Origin: Tubulanus polymorphus | Taxonomy: Eukaryota; Animalia; Nemertea | DNA: 64,000 nucleotides | Direction of reading: 5' to 3' | Assembly (NCBI RefSeq): GCF_964204645.1 | Contig: NC_134035.1 | Span: forward strand, 7,906,451 to 7,970,450 | Shown here: piece after piece, positions 38,527-51,088 of the stretch | Position numbering within the stretch: the stretch's first letter is position 1 | How the letters are laid out: the number at the start of each line of letters is the position of its first letter | Notes under the pieces: generated by a model | Told to the model about the DNA's origin: nothing | The model's database searches: none | Seen by the model: only the letters and a program-made list of their open reading frames with translations | Made by a program: the position numbers and the translations under genes

Positions 38527-41500
38527 TTACTCTAGTTTCTGGCCGCGGTTGTGAAGCTTGTGTTGTTCAGAAACCGCGATGCGTTTATTGTTGTTCATCG
38601 GCGACGACGACGAAGTCGAAGCAGCTGCAGCGACCGAGGTCGCGAGATCGAGGTCCTCGTCTTCGTCGTAATGAGATTCGTCGTGGTTGACATGTATCAC
38701 ATGATCGCGTGTGTCGCGTTTGATATAAAACTTCCAGATCGTCCACGCAAACAGAACAGCCAATCCGACGCACCAGAAGATGGTGATGTGTTGCGGCAGC
38801 GGTCGCGTCACGAGTTCCCAGTCGAATTTAACAATAATCAGCAACTCAGTGAATATAATGGCGGCAGTTATCCAAGATTGTCGCCCAATTGTCTTACACT
38901 CACTGAAATAACCACAAAACAACTTTTAAATACAAACTAACAGATATCATAGTTTATACTTCAGGGATGGATCCGAGTCTACAAAATTTTTTCGGAGTGA
39001 CACGTTTTTGTCAAGAAAATTTGTTGCATTACCATGCAATAGACTGCCTAATATCACCTTGCCTTTTTGGACATCGGAGTGCTTTTTTGCCAACAAGTAG
39101 TTTTTTAGGGTTCCGTTTTCAGATTTTATTAGAAGTCGCAAGCTTTCGCTACCATCAGGTAACTGATTCAATGGATAAACAACAGTCACACATCCTAAAT
39201 TCACTCCTGATGCTGGTACTAGTAATCTAGCTTGTGATTTCTACTACCTGTTTTCACGTTTACTTCGATACAGGTTAACAAGGCTCATCTACGTCACATC
39301 TTATTATCATCGTTAGGTGTGGCATTGTTAGTACAGAAGACTACACCTAAACTGGTACAGTTGGGACCTTTTTTTTACCGAATTTGACGATTAACAGCTT
39401 GACGAACCAGGAGAACCAATATCGGTATCCGAAAATATGGGTTTACTGAACTGGCCTGCGTTTTACAAAGCGGTGTTAAGTTATCCCTCTGATAAGAATA
39501 TTTAACACGGGGAGAGCGATTTATCACCAGGATAGGGCTGGGCTTATCACCGCTTTGAAAAACGCAGCCCGGCAATTCAAATGAATAGTATATGACGTTC
39601 ATCTCTTATTTCATACGATCATCATAGACTGTAGCAAATCACTGAGAGTTTGCTTCTTCATATTGAATTTCAGACTAATCTTCAATAGTGTTGAGTTTCT
39701 CAGAAACTCTGAAACCACTTCTCTCTATTTCGGTTTGCTTATGATGCACTTGCCCATGAAAACTATGGTCAATTTAGGTCAATGAGTGTAGGTATTCTAT
39801 GGTTGTACTACATGCGAGTAACAGACCTTATATGAATTGCCTACAGAGATAGAAGATCGAAAGTGTTGACTCCTCAGTGCAGAGCCGTTATGGTTTACCA
39901 GTTTAGGCGCAGAATCAATGAAAACAAATTCAAAATTTTACCGGATAAGTCCGATTACCGAATGGAGCGATACCGAACTATTGAAAAACAGAAGCAAATG
40001 AAAATCTTATGTTAATTTTACCGAATCAAACGGATTACCGGATTGACCGGTACCGGTTTAGGCGTAGTGTATTGTGTACTGGGTCTGTACTTACGGATCA
40101 TCGAGATATTGAAATTGTTCCCGCAAGGCAGTGGCACCCATGAACAAAAACAAGAATAATCGAAGCAGATTTATCGTGTGTGGCGGTGGGATCCATAAAA
40201 CGAACTTCAGATAGAACGTGTTCAACTCAGCGAGTAGAAACTATAATATAATCGAGAACATTTTTTGATGGAAAATTTTCAATTTTTTATCAAATTTCTG
40301 ATGAAACTATTACTTTTGTCCATAAAGAATTCAAAGGCGTACGTACCATTGCTATTATAAATAGAGTGACACACCATCGTTTTAAACTGGCAGTTGGATG
40401 CCAGTTGAAATCCAACCAACTGTATGGACTAAACTGTAACGCAAAACGTTTTAGTTTTCCACTGAAAATTAAAGATTTGTTACAGCCACACTCAATTCAT
40501 TTGGACCACAAAAATACGATGACTAAGACGAAATTCCAACTAAAACTAAAGAAATTCAGACTTTAGAATAGAATTCTATTTGAAAATGAGAAGAATAGAA
40601 TGGAAGCAAACATCATCTTCTGACTGGACAGTTGATCTGACTAGCGAATTGTTCACAGTAATCTGTTCGCGTTGTTTTAACAAATAAAAATCCACAGTTA
40701 GATCTGTAAAACAGTTTATTTTCTTGACAATTTTGAGGCTTTAACTAAGCCCCATCATCAGAACAAAAACACAAAAAAAACTAAAAACACAAAAAAAAAT
40801 GTGTTTTTGTTCCTCTGATGATGGGGCTTAGTTAAAGCCTCGAAACTGTCAAGATAATAAACTGATCTAACTGTGGGTTTTTATTTGTTAACTCTACACT
40901 GAGATAGATATCATTTAATTGCAGTTTAGTGTAGTTTTGTTTGTTGCACTCACCTGTAGCTCGGTATATTCCACAGTCCTTGCCAATGATACGGTTTCAT
41001 CGATAGATAATGCAACGTTTTCATTCCACAATAAATTCCGAGGCCATTACACACCAACGCATCCATGATCCACTAGAAACATTCATAAAATATCCGTCCA
41101 TTAATGAAGAGATTGAAATTTTACCATGACACGTAGTAATATTTTCCATGGAGAGAAGATGGTTGAGACAAACGCCTTAAACTAGTGGTCCAGGGACACC
41201 AAGATGACAAATACATGAAATATGACAATTTCAATTTTCGACGCCCCTCTAGTGAACATATACAGAAATCAGACTCAAAATCTACTGCAATGATAGAACA
41301 TATCATGAGCATTTTTGGAATCAAAGATGGCCACGCCAGTCAACCATCTTCAATGGCATTATAAGCAAGATTCGTCTACTGATACATTAGGCATCAAAGA
41401 TTCTCATATGAAAAGAAATTCTCTTCTTAAAATACATTCGCAGATATAGGCAAAAAATTTCAAAATCCAAGAATTTCATTTCAAATGCACTTAATTTCGA

Positions 41501-44500
41501 TCATTTTCACATGATTTTTCATGTTTTTCATACAAAAATGTGCTTAACAGATATTTACATCTTTTTTCACACGCATTTCATCCCCGTAAAATCAGCACCG
41601 ATTCAGTAATATATTGTTTTACTCACGTGGTCCCACCAGCATTCGCTGAAATTCGGTAGTTGATGTTCAAGGGTGTACTCCAACATCTCGAACATAACGC
41701 TGATAACCATCGACAGCCAATAATCTCTCAGAACCAGGGTCTATATTAATAAACGAGTTAAACAAATTCAATTAACATTATAATTAGAATCTAGACACAA
41801 ATCACTGTGCTTTACTATTGAATTGATCGATGTAAATTAGAAAAACCCCGATACATGGCAGTCCTAGTAACAATGAATTTTTATCATTCAACAAAATTTA
41901 CATGCTGTTTCGAGAAATTTAACATAAACATTTAAACAAAAATTTTAGATGTTAGACAATAATAGCTGTACTTTAACAGCCAAAAAGATGTTCAAAGATT
42001 TCGCAAATTTGTGAATTTTCGTAAATGAAAAATTTTCATTTCTTTGTGAAGATGATTGTCTTTTCTTCAATATGACCAATTCAACTTGTCAGATCCATGC
42101 ATATTTACTTATATACCTAATGGCTACAAACTGGTTAAAGGTAGCTACAACTTGACCACTGTTCAAATTACCTTGCACCACCAACCGATGAAATGAGCCG
42201 ACACGAAAACATCCATTTTGTCTCGAATATTGTGAAATGGATCATCAGGTTTCGACGAGTCGTACAAGTAACAGTTTCCACCGTAATCCTGCTCGACTAA
42301 CGGTTTCCCTAATTCATCGTCGAAATATCTCAACAGCTGTCTGGCATTGTCGACACCCTGTACAACAAAACTCATCAATTGAAAAAAATAGCTAACAAAA
42401 TTTGAAAAAGTGCCGCAGGTAAAATGAATATGAGAGAATATAAACAGAATATTTACACACCTGGAATAATAGAAATATAAGAAAGATTTCATAAACAATG
42501 CTCACACAAATAACAAGACGCCAAAAAGCTGAAAAATATCAACAAAGCACGTTTGAGGTGTCAAATTGCACGTACGATAATTCGTAGACCATGTAATTAG
42601 TGGTCCAATAATATTTCATCCAAAATTGTGGATTTGAGCATTACTTCAAAAACACCGGTATCAAAGAGTAATTCCCTTACACACAATTACCTCACAGATT
42701 AACAACCCCCCTCGACATTTCTCACAGTACAATTACCCTACCGGAACCTCGGGAAGGGGAGATATCAGTTTTCTAGGGGTTAATTTCCATGGCGGGTAGG
42801 CTAATTCTACTGGGAGATAATATTGTCTGGGTTTTTTTGAGCTAGAATCAAAATAGCTTTGGTCGACAAGATTTATCAGACGGATAGGAGATGATATATA
42901 CCTGGATGGGGTCTCTTAAATGGTCCATCGGGTGTCTGTGTGACTCCAAAACACAGAAAGGCCACAACACAAGCTACAATACCTCTAATACAAAAAAAAG
43001 AACATTTTCAATAAGCTAGAGATCTTGTTTTTGGACAAAACAATAAGCTAGATGCTAGTTTTAAAATTAACATTGAACTGAATGGGGCATCGGGGCATCG
43101 GCACAAACCACATGGCGCTACAATACACTCAGTTATATGTAGTGAAAATCATTTCATTTTCAATGATCTTTGAACTGGATTTCTATACTCCCAAATGGAA
43201 ATGTTGTAAAATAAGTCATCAAATAGAATAAGATATATGTTCCCAGTAAGTGTATCAGTATAGTTTTATTAGAAACTGATTTACTAATGAGAAAAGTTGA
43301 CTCAAATTTAATAGAAACGTAGAAGAGAAACTTATGCACTGTAACCGAGTAACCACTATCAAAAACTGGCGGATTCTTGCCTGCCATACGTGGAATCCTC
43401 GATTGCCACAGCAGCGGAGCGGGTACCCCATTTATATGAATCCTATCATTATTGAACCATCTCTTACGGTAGTGACTTGAACCCGATGGCATCGAGTGAC
43501 TGCTAGAGTACCCTGCAACCCCCATCCCCCCCGACCCGAAGCCGCGACAACACACGCACTGCGTTTATTCATTAGGGCTATATCATCTTGAGGTTTTTAA
43601 ATCATTGGTTAAAACATTTATATTAAGAGAATATTATCTTAACTGATTTCATATCTACTAATTGTGTCAATTTCATCTACTGTTGTAAAGGGCTTGTTCT
43701 TAGTGCTTTCAAAGAAATAAATCATTATCAATATCATTATTATTATCAATATTATCATTATTATTATCAATTAATCAGGCAGGGTTTTATACTATGGCAG
43801 ACTCTCCCGTTGCCGTCGGATTCAAATCCCTGCCGAGGATGACCATTTTTCTTATAATCAATTTCGCTTTGGAGAGGAATCACGGTTTTCACCGACCTTT
43901 TCGTGTTATATTCGACGCTGTGATGTTCGGGGTCTTCGAATAATGAAACGTACACCAAAATAGCGCTGAATATCACGAGCACGGTAACCGTGTGAGCTCG
44001 CCTGAAAATATATGATTCAACCATCACGATGAACATCTTTGTTTGGGGAGCAAGACAAAATAAGAATGATAAATTTGCAGTTCATAGATTATTTTTTTGA
44101 TATGAATCATCTCCCCTAATTCATTTAAAGAATAGAGACTGGATAAGTTAGAAAGTGGGCATTGCTATCTTATACATGCTGCGATGTAGACGTCAGAATT
44201 TTCACATTTTCTACACCCTTAAAAATGGCTTTTTTTCACCATAAGATAAAGGGATTTTCCCAAATTTTTAGAAAAGGGTTCAAAATATTACGACCACGTC
44301 ACTTTTCCTGAATGTTTCATAAATTTTCACGGATCTTAAAAACATTTTTCACACTTTTTCAAAATATTTCAAGCAGACGTCAATATCTTCATAATCAATC
44401 TCGCCCCTGATAGACCTTAGTCCAAAAATAATCAGGCAACCACAACAGCTCAAGACAGCTGATTATAGATGAAAATATATTGTTTCAAGGTTAGATTTAA

Positions 44501-46836
44501 TGACCGGTTAAACGACTATGGACTTCTTTCGCGAGATAAAGACTTCTTCAACGCGTCCACGGCTTTTGTTTTGATTTTACGATGCGTATGTACTAACCAG
44601 AAATACGACATCGTTCCGTCGTCAAATATATCCTTATCTTTGTTTTTATCGGTCTCCCAATCGTGAGCCGTCGGCTCTGTATAGCGACCCGCGCTGTGAC
44701 CACTTCCATTTAGTTCCTTCATCTCCCCTGAAAATAAGAAGTCATTAAAAGCAAAATTAATGAAAGTTTTTATTTCCTTCATCTCCCCTGTGAAGAATTA
44801 GTCATCAAAAATAAAAAAGTTATTAAAGTTTTTAGCCCCTTCATCTCCCCTGACAAGAATTATTCATTAAAAACAAAACAATCAATTTAAGTTTTTAGTT
44901 CCTTCATCTCCCCTGACAAGAATTAGTCATTAAAAAAAGAAATTAATTATTAAAGTTTTTGGTTCCCATATTCCCCCTGAAAAGAGCCATTAATAAATAT
45001 AATAATTAATTTCATCCAATTATGAGTGCACATTACAAAACCATTTTTCACACTGCTGATATCGAAAACACTATCGACGTGTGACTGGTTGAACTTATGT
45101 ACAAATAATTATTCAAAAACTACTACATGTAGTTCTATGGGGCCTAAGATAAGCGGGATAGTTTATATGCTGGTTACAGCTTGCAGATTTGAAATAAATT
45201 CCATAGTTGAAGTTGAATAACCACATATGACGAGTGTGTATTAAAAAACTAGATGTATCAATAAGCCTCATTTCATGCACTAAACACACAAAAACTAGGC
45301 CGTGCCTCGTAATGAATTATTAAGTAGGCCTATTCTTCAAATAATTTCATGAATGCTATTTCACCATTAGATCTACAACTATGACTAGAATCAGAAACAC
45401 CATAGCCACAGTCATGACGTTGTGGGTCCTGTCTAGACAGGAGGGGTGGTTGAAATTAGCCGAGATCTCCTGGGAAAATGTCGCTAAAAGTAATAAAGTG
45501 CAATTCCGAGCCTCTCTTTTGGTCGATGAGGTGTTGCGATTGAGAGAAGTGATAGTGAAATAACGCGCACTCACCAGGAATCAAACCCAGGTCTCATATA
45601 CGTAGATAGCAAGCGTGCTAAACAATAGACCAATAGAACTACGTCTACTTAGCCAGTCGTTATACAACTTGTCCTATATGCGTAACAGAGGTACAAATAT
45701 AGATAAGTGGGCCAGATTTGCAGGCAAGAAGTTTTTTGGACATCCTCCGAAAATTTTGAATATCTGACGCGTTTAAGATACATAATTTCCTGGCCAATTC
45801 AAGAGATACTGAAGTAAAAAACAAATGGGAATTAAACACCGGACAGTGGTAGGACATACACAGCCCCCACCCCCCCCCCCCCCTCTGGATAAAGGCTCGG
45901 CTTCGAAATACAGAATCAAAAATTTCATAATCCCTTTGAATGAGGCTCAATTGTCAAGCGAACAAATCAAATTCGAATTCCAAAAAATGTCTGGATCTGA
46001 AGGAGACTAGGCCTACCTTATAATAACGTGTAAAACTGTAGATAAATCTTCAATCCAGAGAAACAGACTACCAGCTCTAATCACATAGATAGATTATCAT
46101 ACACAAACATCTGATAAAGAATCACTTGGCTGTCAGCAAGCCAAAAAGTCAATGAACTAAGTCAGCATTGACTAAAGTGAAAACTCTATCATGCAGATCT
46201 ACTATAGATCTTCTGGTAAGACTGAAGCATTGAGACCTTGAGGCCTCCACAACTTTCCCTTATTCGACGCTAGTGTTACATGGAAGGGTAAGGATTCTAT
46301 ATTAGGGGGTGAGACTAGTAGGTCAACTTTTCGCTCACCGGTAGGTAGACGTGGTACCCATTGAGTGTGAGAAAAACGAATATTCAATCAAATGAATTTT
46401 ATATTATGAATTGCGCTGTTAACATGGAGAGAAGACAATATAATATAAACCCACTATTTACAGATTAAAAGAATTAAAAACCGATAATTCATCATAAAAA
46501 ATATATTAAAAGACATGGACCCAGTTCCACAGTTGTGAGTTAGAGTTAACTCTGAGTTAAAGTTAGTTAATTTTCAATGTTTTAACTCGGAGTCAAATCT
46601 TAACTCACGACTGTGGAACTGGACCATGACGTTTCGATCTCACCCTAGAGATCATCGTCAGGTGCGGTTATAAAGAAATCATTTGGTTTTAAACCCCATC
46701 TAATGAGTTAATTATTCGTTAACTTTTCATGTCAATTACATTTCAATGAAAATTTGCCAATTCAAGGTTTCCAGTAAGCATTTTCTCTAAGATTAAACAC
46801 TCACTCACCTTTTCCAAGATTTTCCAAAAACAACAT
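38527..46836 (-). CDS. PTDSS2: Phosphatidylserine synthase 2
   Basis: Exons 46809-46836 (tentative; the alternative start is the ATG at 44722), 44598-44727, 43897-44001, 42902-42984, 42461-42528, 42172-42357, 41627-41740, 40954-41072, 40347-40461, 40095-40240, 38527-38902. All introns are GT-AG and in frame. Motifs [78 protein letters not shown]. Confidence 0.95.
40677..40925 (+). mobile_element. Penelope-like element relic (inverted pLTR pair) with hammerhead motif at 40810-40855
   Basis: About 95-bp inverted arms (40677-40773 vs 40800-40891). The right arm has CTGATGA-T-GGGGCTT/AAGCCTC-GAAAC-T-GTC. Confidence 0.75.
43083..43430. mobile_element. MITE, same family as 60421-60757
   Basis: Ends TGGGG...GCGGGTACCCCA; shares blocks CTTTGAACTGGATTTCTA and GTGGAATCCTCGATTGCCACAG with the second copy. 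Confidence 0.7.
44710..44985 (-). repeat. Five ~60-64 bp tandem copies of the PTDSS2 exon-2 acceptor region
   Basis: CCTTCATCTCCCCTG reiterated, ending at 44730, 44790, 44852 and 44915, with a degenerate copy at 44979. Confidence 0.85.
46517..46624. mobile_element. Small PIF/Harbinger-like MITE
   Basis: TIR CCAGTTCCACAG / CTGTGGAACTGG with a 3-bp CAT duplication. Related degenerate copies near 55140, 55350-55585 and 61570. Confidence 0.75.
46625..46665 (-). ncRNA. Minimal type I hammerhead ribozyme motif
   Basis: Minus strand: GCAC-CTGACGA-T-GATCTC-TAGGGT-GAGATC-GAAAC-GTC. Stem I is weak or disrupted. Confidence 0.7.
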
Positions 46837-47073
46837 CAATGTCTATGGATAATTTTCAAATAGCAAAATTTTTTTATCGTAACCGAAAGTTTAGCGTTGC
46901 GCAAACAAGAATGAACGTATGTAGTTGTGATTTTGATATCTTTACTACATCTGAGAGCTCTTCGCACAATTGAGTGATCATACCCGGGCGCAGCGAGTAG
47001 CGCGCTGGTCTAACGCGTAGTAGGTCACTGACGCGAAGCCGGGCTGCGCTCGCATTTTGTTAACGCATATCCA

Positions 47074-48060
47074 TTTGATTTGTATAGTCTTGATGGATAT
47101 TTTATTGAATAGTTTTTGTTGGTTGTGTTGGTTGAACGAACATATTGAATAGAAATTGTCTTACAGCCAGTGCAAACATATTGAATAGGGATTTTCTGAC
47201 AGCCAGGAGTCCTATTGTAAACGGGTAATCTTCGACAATTTTTTGCAGATATCTTAACAACGTTCTATTCAACTAACAGCTCAGCAGAGTGATAGAAAAT
47301 TGTATATTATACAATGATATGCGCGTTGGATAAAAAAAACCTCATTACTCAAAAAAATATTTCTTAATAAAATGTATTTGTGTCTCTGTTTGATTTGTAT
47401 AGACTTGATGGATAACGAATAAGAACATTTTTGTTCCTCTGAAGATGAGGTTTAGTTTTAACCTCGAAACTGTAAGGAAATAATTTGTTTCTACAGATAC
47501 TGTGGGTTTTTATTCGTTAACTCCACACTAAGAGTTATATCAGTTTACTGCAGTCACTTAATGGATATTTCATTGAATAGTTTTCAATAGTGTTGGTCAA
47601 ACGAACATATCGAGAAATCCACTATTAATTCAGCCAAAAATGAAAAGTTCTGAGGTAAAAATGAAAAGTTCTGAGGTAAATTTTTGGCTGAATCTATCGT
47701 GGGATTTCTTTCATTATTCATCATACACGGATATTGTGTATCTTCTCAACTCATATTGAGTAGAAATTGTCTTACAGCCAGGACAAAAATATTGAATAGA
47801 AACTGTCTTACAACCAGGGCAAACATATTGAATAGAAACTGTCTTACAGCTAGGACAAACATATTGAATAGGGATTTTCTTACAGCCAGCCCAGAAGTTC
47901 TATTGTAAGTGCTTAATTTTCGACAATTTTTCGCAGATGACGTAACAATGTTCTATTCACCCAACAGCTCAGCAACCTGATACAACATTGTATATGTATA
48001 ATGATATATGCATTATATAAAAAACCCCATTACTGTAAAATATATTTCTTAATAAAATGT
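47074..48060. repeat. Diverged ~320-bp tandem duplication with internal 36-bp subrepeats
   Basis: TTTGATTTGTATAG...ATTTCTTAATAAAATGT occurs twice; ACATATTGAATAGAAATTGTCTTACAGCCAG is repeated. Confidence 0.8.
47434..47479 (+). ncRNA. Minimal type I hammerhead ribozyme within a Penelope-like insertion (47415-47560)
   Basis: TTCCT-CTGAAGA-T-GAGGTT-TAGTTTT-AACCTC-GAAAC-T-GTA-AGGAA: complete core, perfect stems I and II, GUA cleavage triplet. Confidence 0.85.
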
Positions 48061-48079
48061 GTATGTGAGTATTTATGAA

Positions 48080-48876
48080 TGTGTCTATGTCTGTGTGTGT
48101 GCCTGTGTGTATACCTGTCTATGTGCCTGTCAGTGTGCCTCTCTGTGTGCCTGTCTATGAGCCTGTCTATGAGCCTGTCTCTGTGTGCCTGTCTATGAGC
48201 CTGTCAGTGTGCCTCTCTGTGTGCCTGTCTATGAGCCTGTCTCTGTGTGCCTGTCTATGAGCTTGTCTATGTGCCTGTCTATGTGCCTTTCAGTGTGCTT
48301 CTCTGTGTGCATGTCTATGAGCATGTCTCTGTGTGCCTGTCTATGAGCCTGTCTATGTGCCTTTCAGTGTGCTTCTCTGTGTGCTTGTCTATGAGCCTGT
48401 CTCTGTGTGCCTGTCTATGAGCCTGTCTATGTGCCTTTCAGTGTGCTTCTCTGTGTGCCTGTCTATGAGCCTGTCTGTGTGCCTGTCTATGAGCCTGTCT
48501 ATGTGCCTGTCTCTGTGCCTCTCTATGTGCCTCTCTGTGTGCCCGTCTATGAGCCTGTCTCTGTGTGCCTGTCTATGAGCCTGTCTCTGTGTGCCTGTCT
48601 ATGAGCCTGTCTATGTGCCTGTCTATGTGCCTTTCAGTGTGCCTCTCTGTGTGCCTGTTTATGAGCCTGTCTGTGTGTCTGTATATATGCCTGTCTATGT
48701 GCCGGTCTATGTGTCCGTCTATGTGTGCTGTCTATGTGTCATTCTATGTGCCTGTCTATGTGTCCATCCATGTGCTGTCTGTATGTCTGTCTATGTCTCC
48801 GTCTATGTGTCCATCTATGTGTGCTGTCTGTGTCCATCTATGTGTGCTGTCTATGAGTCTGTCTATGTGTCTGTCT
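48080..48876. repeat. 12-bp minisatellite (TG(T/A)GCCTGTCT(A/C))n
   Basis: Degenerate tandem 12-mers. These explain the low-complexity ORFs here. Confidence 0.95.
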
Positions 48877-49437
48877 AACATATGTGAAAACATCACATAA
48901 TAGGTATAAGTAGGCCTAATGCCAAGGATCATGATTAGTTCATGCAACTGCCACCAGGGGATTATGAAAGCATCATAACTTCTGTCTCCCCAAAGCCATT
49001 TTGACTAAACTTGGTACATCAGTACCTTTAATGTGGTAGCCCTTATGGATCCACATATTCAAGAAGGGCCTATGTGCTTGACTGCTGGGTCATGCTCCTT
49101 CAAAAATAGCCATATGTTATTGAATGATTAGAATTGTTTCAATGAAATCTGTGTAGGCTTCCCAGTGCGACATAAAAATCTGTTGAAAACTTGTTATCGC
49201 TGCTTTGCAGCTATATTTGTAATTTTTTCTCTGTCCTCGCATTGATATTGGAAAAACACATGCTCCAAGTAATAAATAAAGGCGTAATCGTGGACCTGTG
49301 CTGGATAGAAAATGATTCATAAATGGCCGGTCATAGATGTGAGATAAGAACTACCTCGACGAGCATATGTAACAGCAACCTAATTAGAAATATTACATCT
49401 AATATATAAAAATCAAGAAAGCATTAAGTTAATTATA

Positions 49438-49929
49438 ATGCTTTCAGGATTAGTTTCATTTTCTGTTTATAGTTTGAGACAGTTGTTGGATGTTTATGAT
49501 AATTGCAAAATTAAATATATAGAATTAAAGGATAATATCAATTATATTTTAGATAAATTGAATAATATTAAATGTTGCAAAATATGTAATAAAAAGTATA
49601 AAAATGATAAGAGTTTAAAATATCATAGATATATTCACGAACTAAATGATAAATTATATGAATCAAATTAACTAGAATAATACATAATTTCTGAAATCTA
49701 TCTGGTAAATATGTTCTGAATTCATATTTATTCCCTTTTAATCCTTCATATTCTAAGTGAATAACTAATTCATTACCATATCTATTAGTAATTGTTTCAA
49801 TATTTGTAATTAAATATTTCTTATGTAGTGTTAATTCTGTTACTTTTTGAATTTATAATCTACAGATTTGACATTTGTAGTATCTTTAATTATATTTAAG
49901 AATTCACTGTGTATTTGTTTACTCTCCAT
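49438..49929. pseudogene. AT-rich relic: small C2H2 zinc-finger ORF (+) converging on a frameshifted small ORF (-)
   Basis: + 49438-49671 contains CKICNKKYKNDKSLKYHRYIH (C-x2-C-x12-H-x3-H). The minus strand from 49929 reads MESKQIHSEFLNIIK...FK/VTELTLHKKYLITNIETITNRYGNELVIHLEY...FRTYLPDRF with one frameshift. Confidence 0.45.
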
Positions 49930-50485
49930 TTATTATACATATTTTTTATTAAAATTGATTTCATTAACATTTATATAATGTTCATATATATGAATATATT
50001 ACCCCTCTAGGCTATGTCTTTATCTCCTTAGTAGTTCTAGTACATAAAGAATATAAAGTAGTTTTAAAAAATAATTTTTATAGGCCTACATAATATTCAT
50101 TTATCTCACAGATTTATATATATATATTACTATTGCAATACAAATAATATTTATTCATCTGATAGATTTTATATATTACTGTTTCAATAATAATGATATT
50201 TATTCATCTGATAGATTTTATATTTTACTGTTTCAAAAATGATATTATGTTTATCTCATTGATTCATCATATATATTTTTTATTTTTTTACTTTATATTC
50301 TTTACGTACTAAAAGTACTAAAGACATAAAGACATAACACTCAAATGTTTGAAACCCCCTTTTTTATTAACTATTTTTATACATTTCAACCAATATATTT
50401 TACATTTTTAACACTGGAAAGATATTATCATATATGAATATTATTAGAGTAATAGGGTAAGTGTCTTTTCATATCAGAGGTTGAG

Positions 50486-50985
50486 GACGTGGACAAACTT
50501 GAGCGAATCCAGCATCGCGGCGCACGTTTCATTACTGGCGACTATAAATCAAGAAATCCTGGCTGCGTCTCCACCACGTTAACAGACCTCCAATTACCAA
50601 ACTTACAGGATCACCGCAAGCACTTACGCTTGACCATGTTCTACAAAATTGCCAATGGCATAATTCCTGCTCCTCCGGCTGAACAGTTTCTGACACCAGT
50701 CAAAACAGGAAGGCGACTAGTTCGACCATCCACTAGATATCAAACTGACTTCGTTCTGAAAACATTCCAGATGTTACCAAGTCCCCCCAAGTCGAACACC
50801 AAGGATCCTTCTTTATCAGAAGTGCCATAGAGTGGAATCATTTGGGGGAAGATGTTATAACATCTGGATCTCTAGAGGAGTTTAGCAAAAAATTCCATTC
50901 AATTTAACCCGCTCTCTCTCTCTCTCATTCCGTAGCCCTAGATGCCAGATATTGGCCCTGCAACATTGCTAACTTGTACTTGAAT
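50486..50985 (+). mobile_element. 5'-truncated CR1/L2-group LINE (ORF2 C-terminus and 3' UTR)
   Basis: DKLERIQHRGARFI...LQDHRKHLRLTMFYKI, then in another frame SFFIRSAIEWNHL. The end has short ACTTG repeats. Confidence 0.85.
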
Positions 50986-51088
50986 GAAAATTTGTCATCT
51001 TAAAACTTGACGTCCAGCTGAGTCACATTATTTCAAACATCAAGTTTCATTTATTAATTTTCATTCACAGTCAATCAATAAAGGAAAT

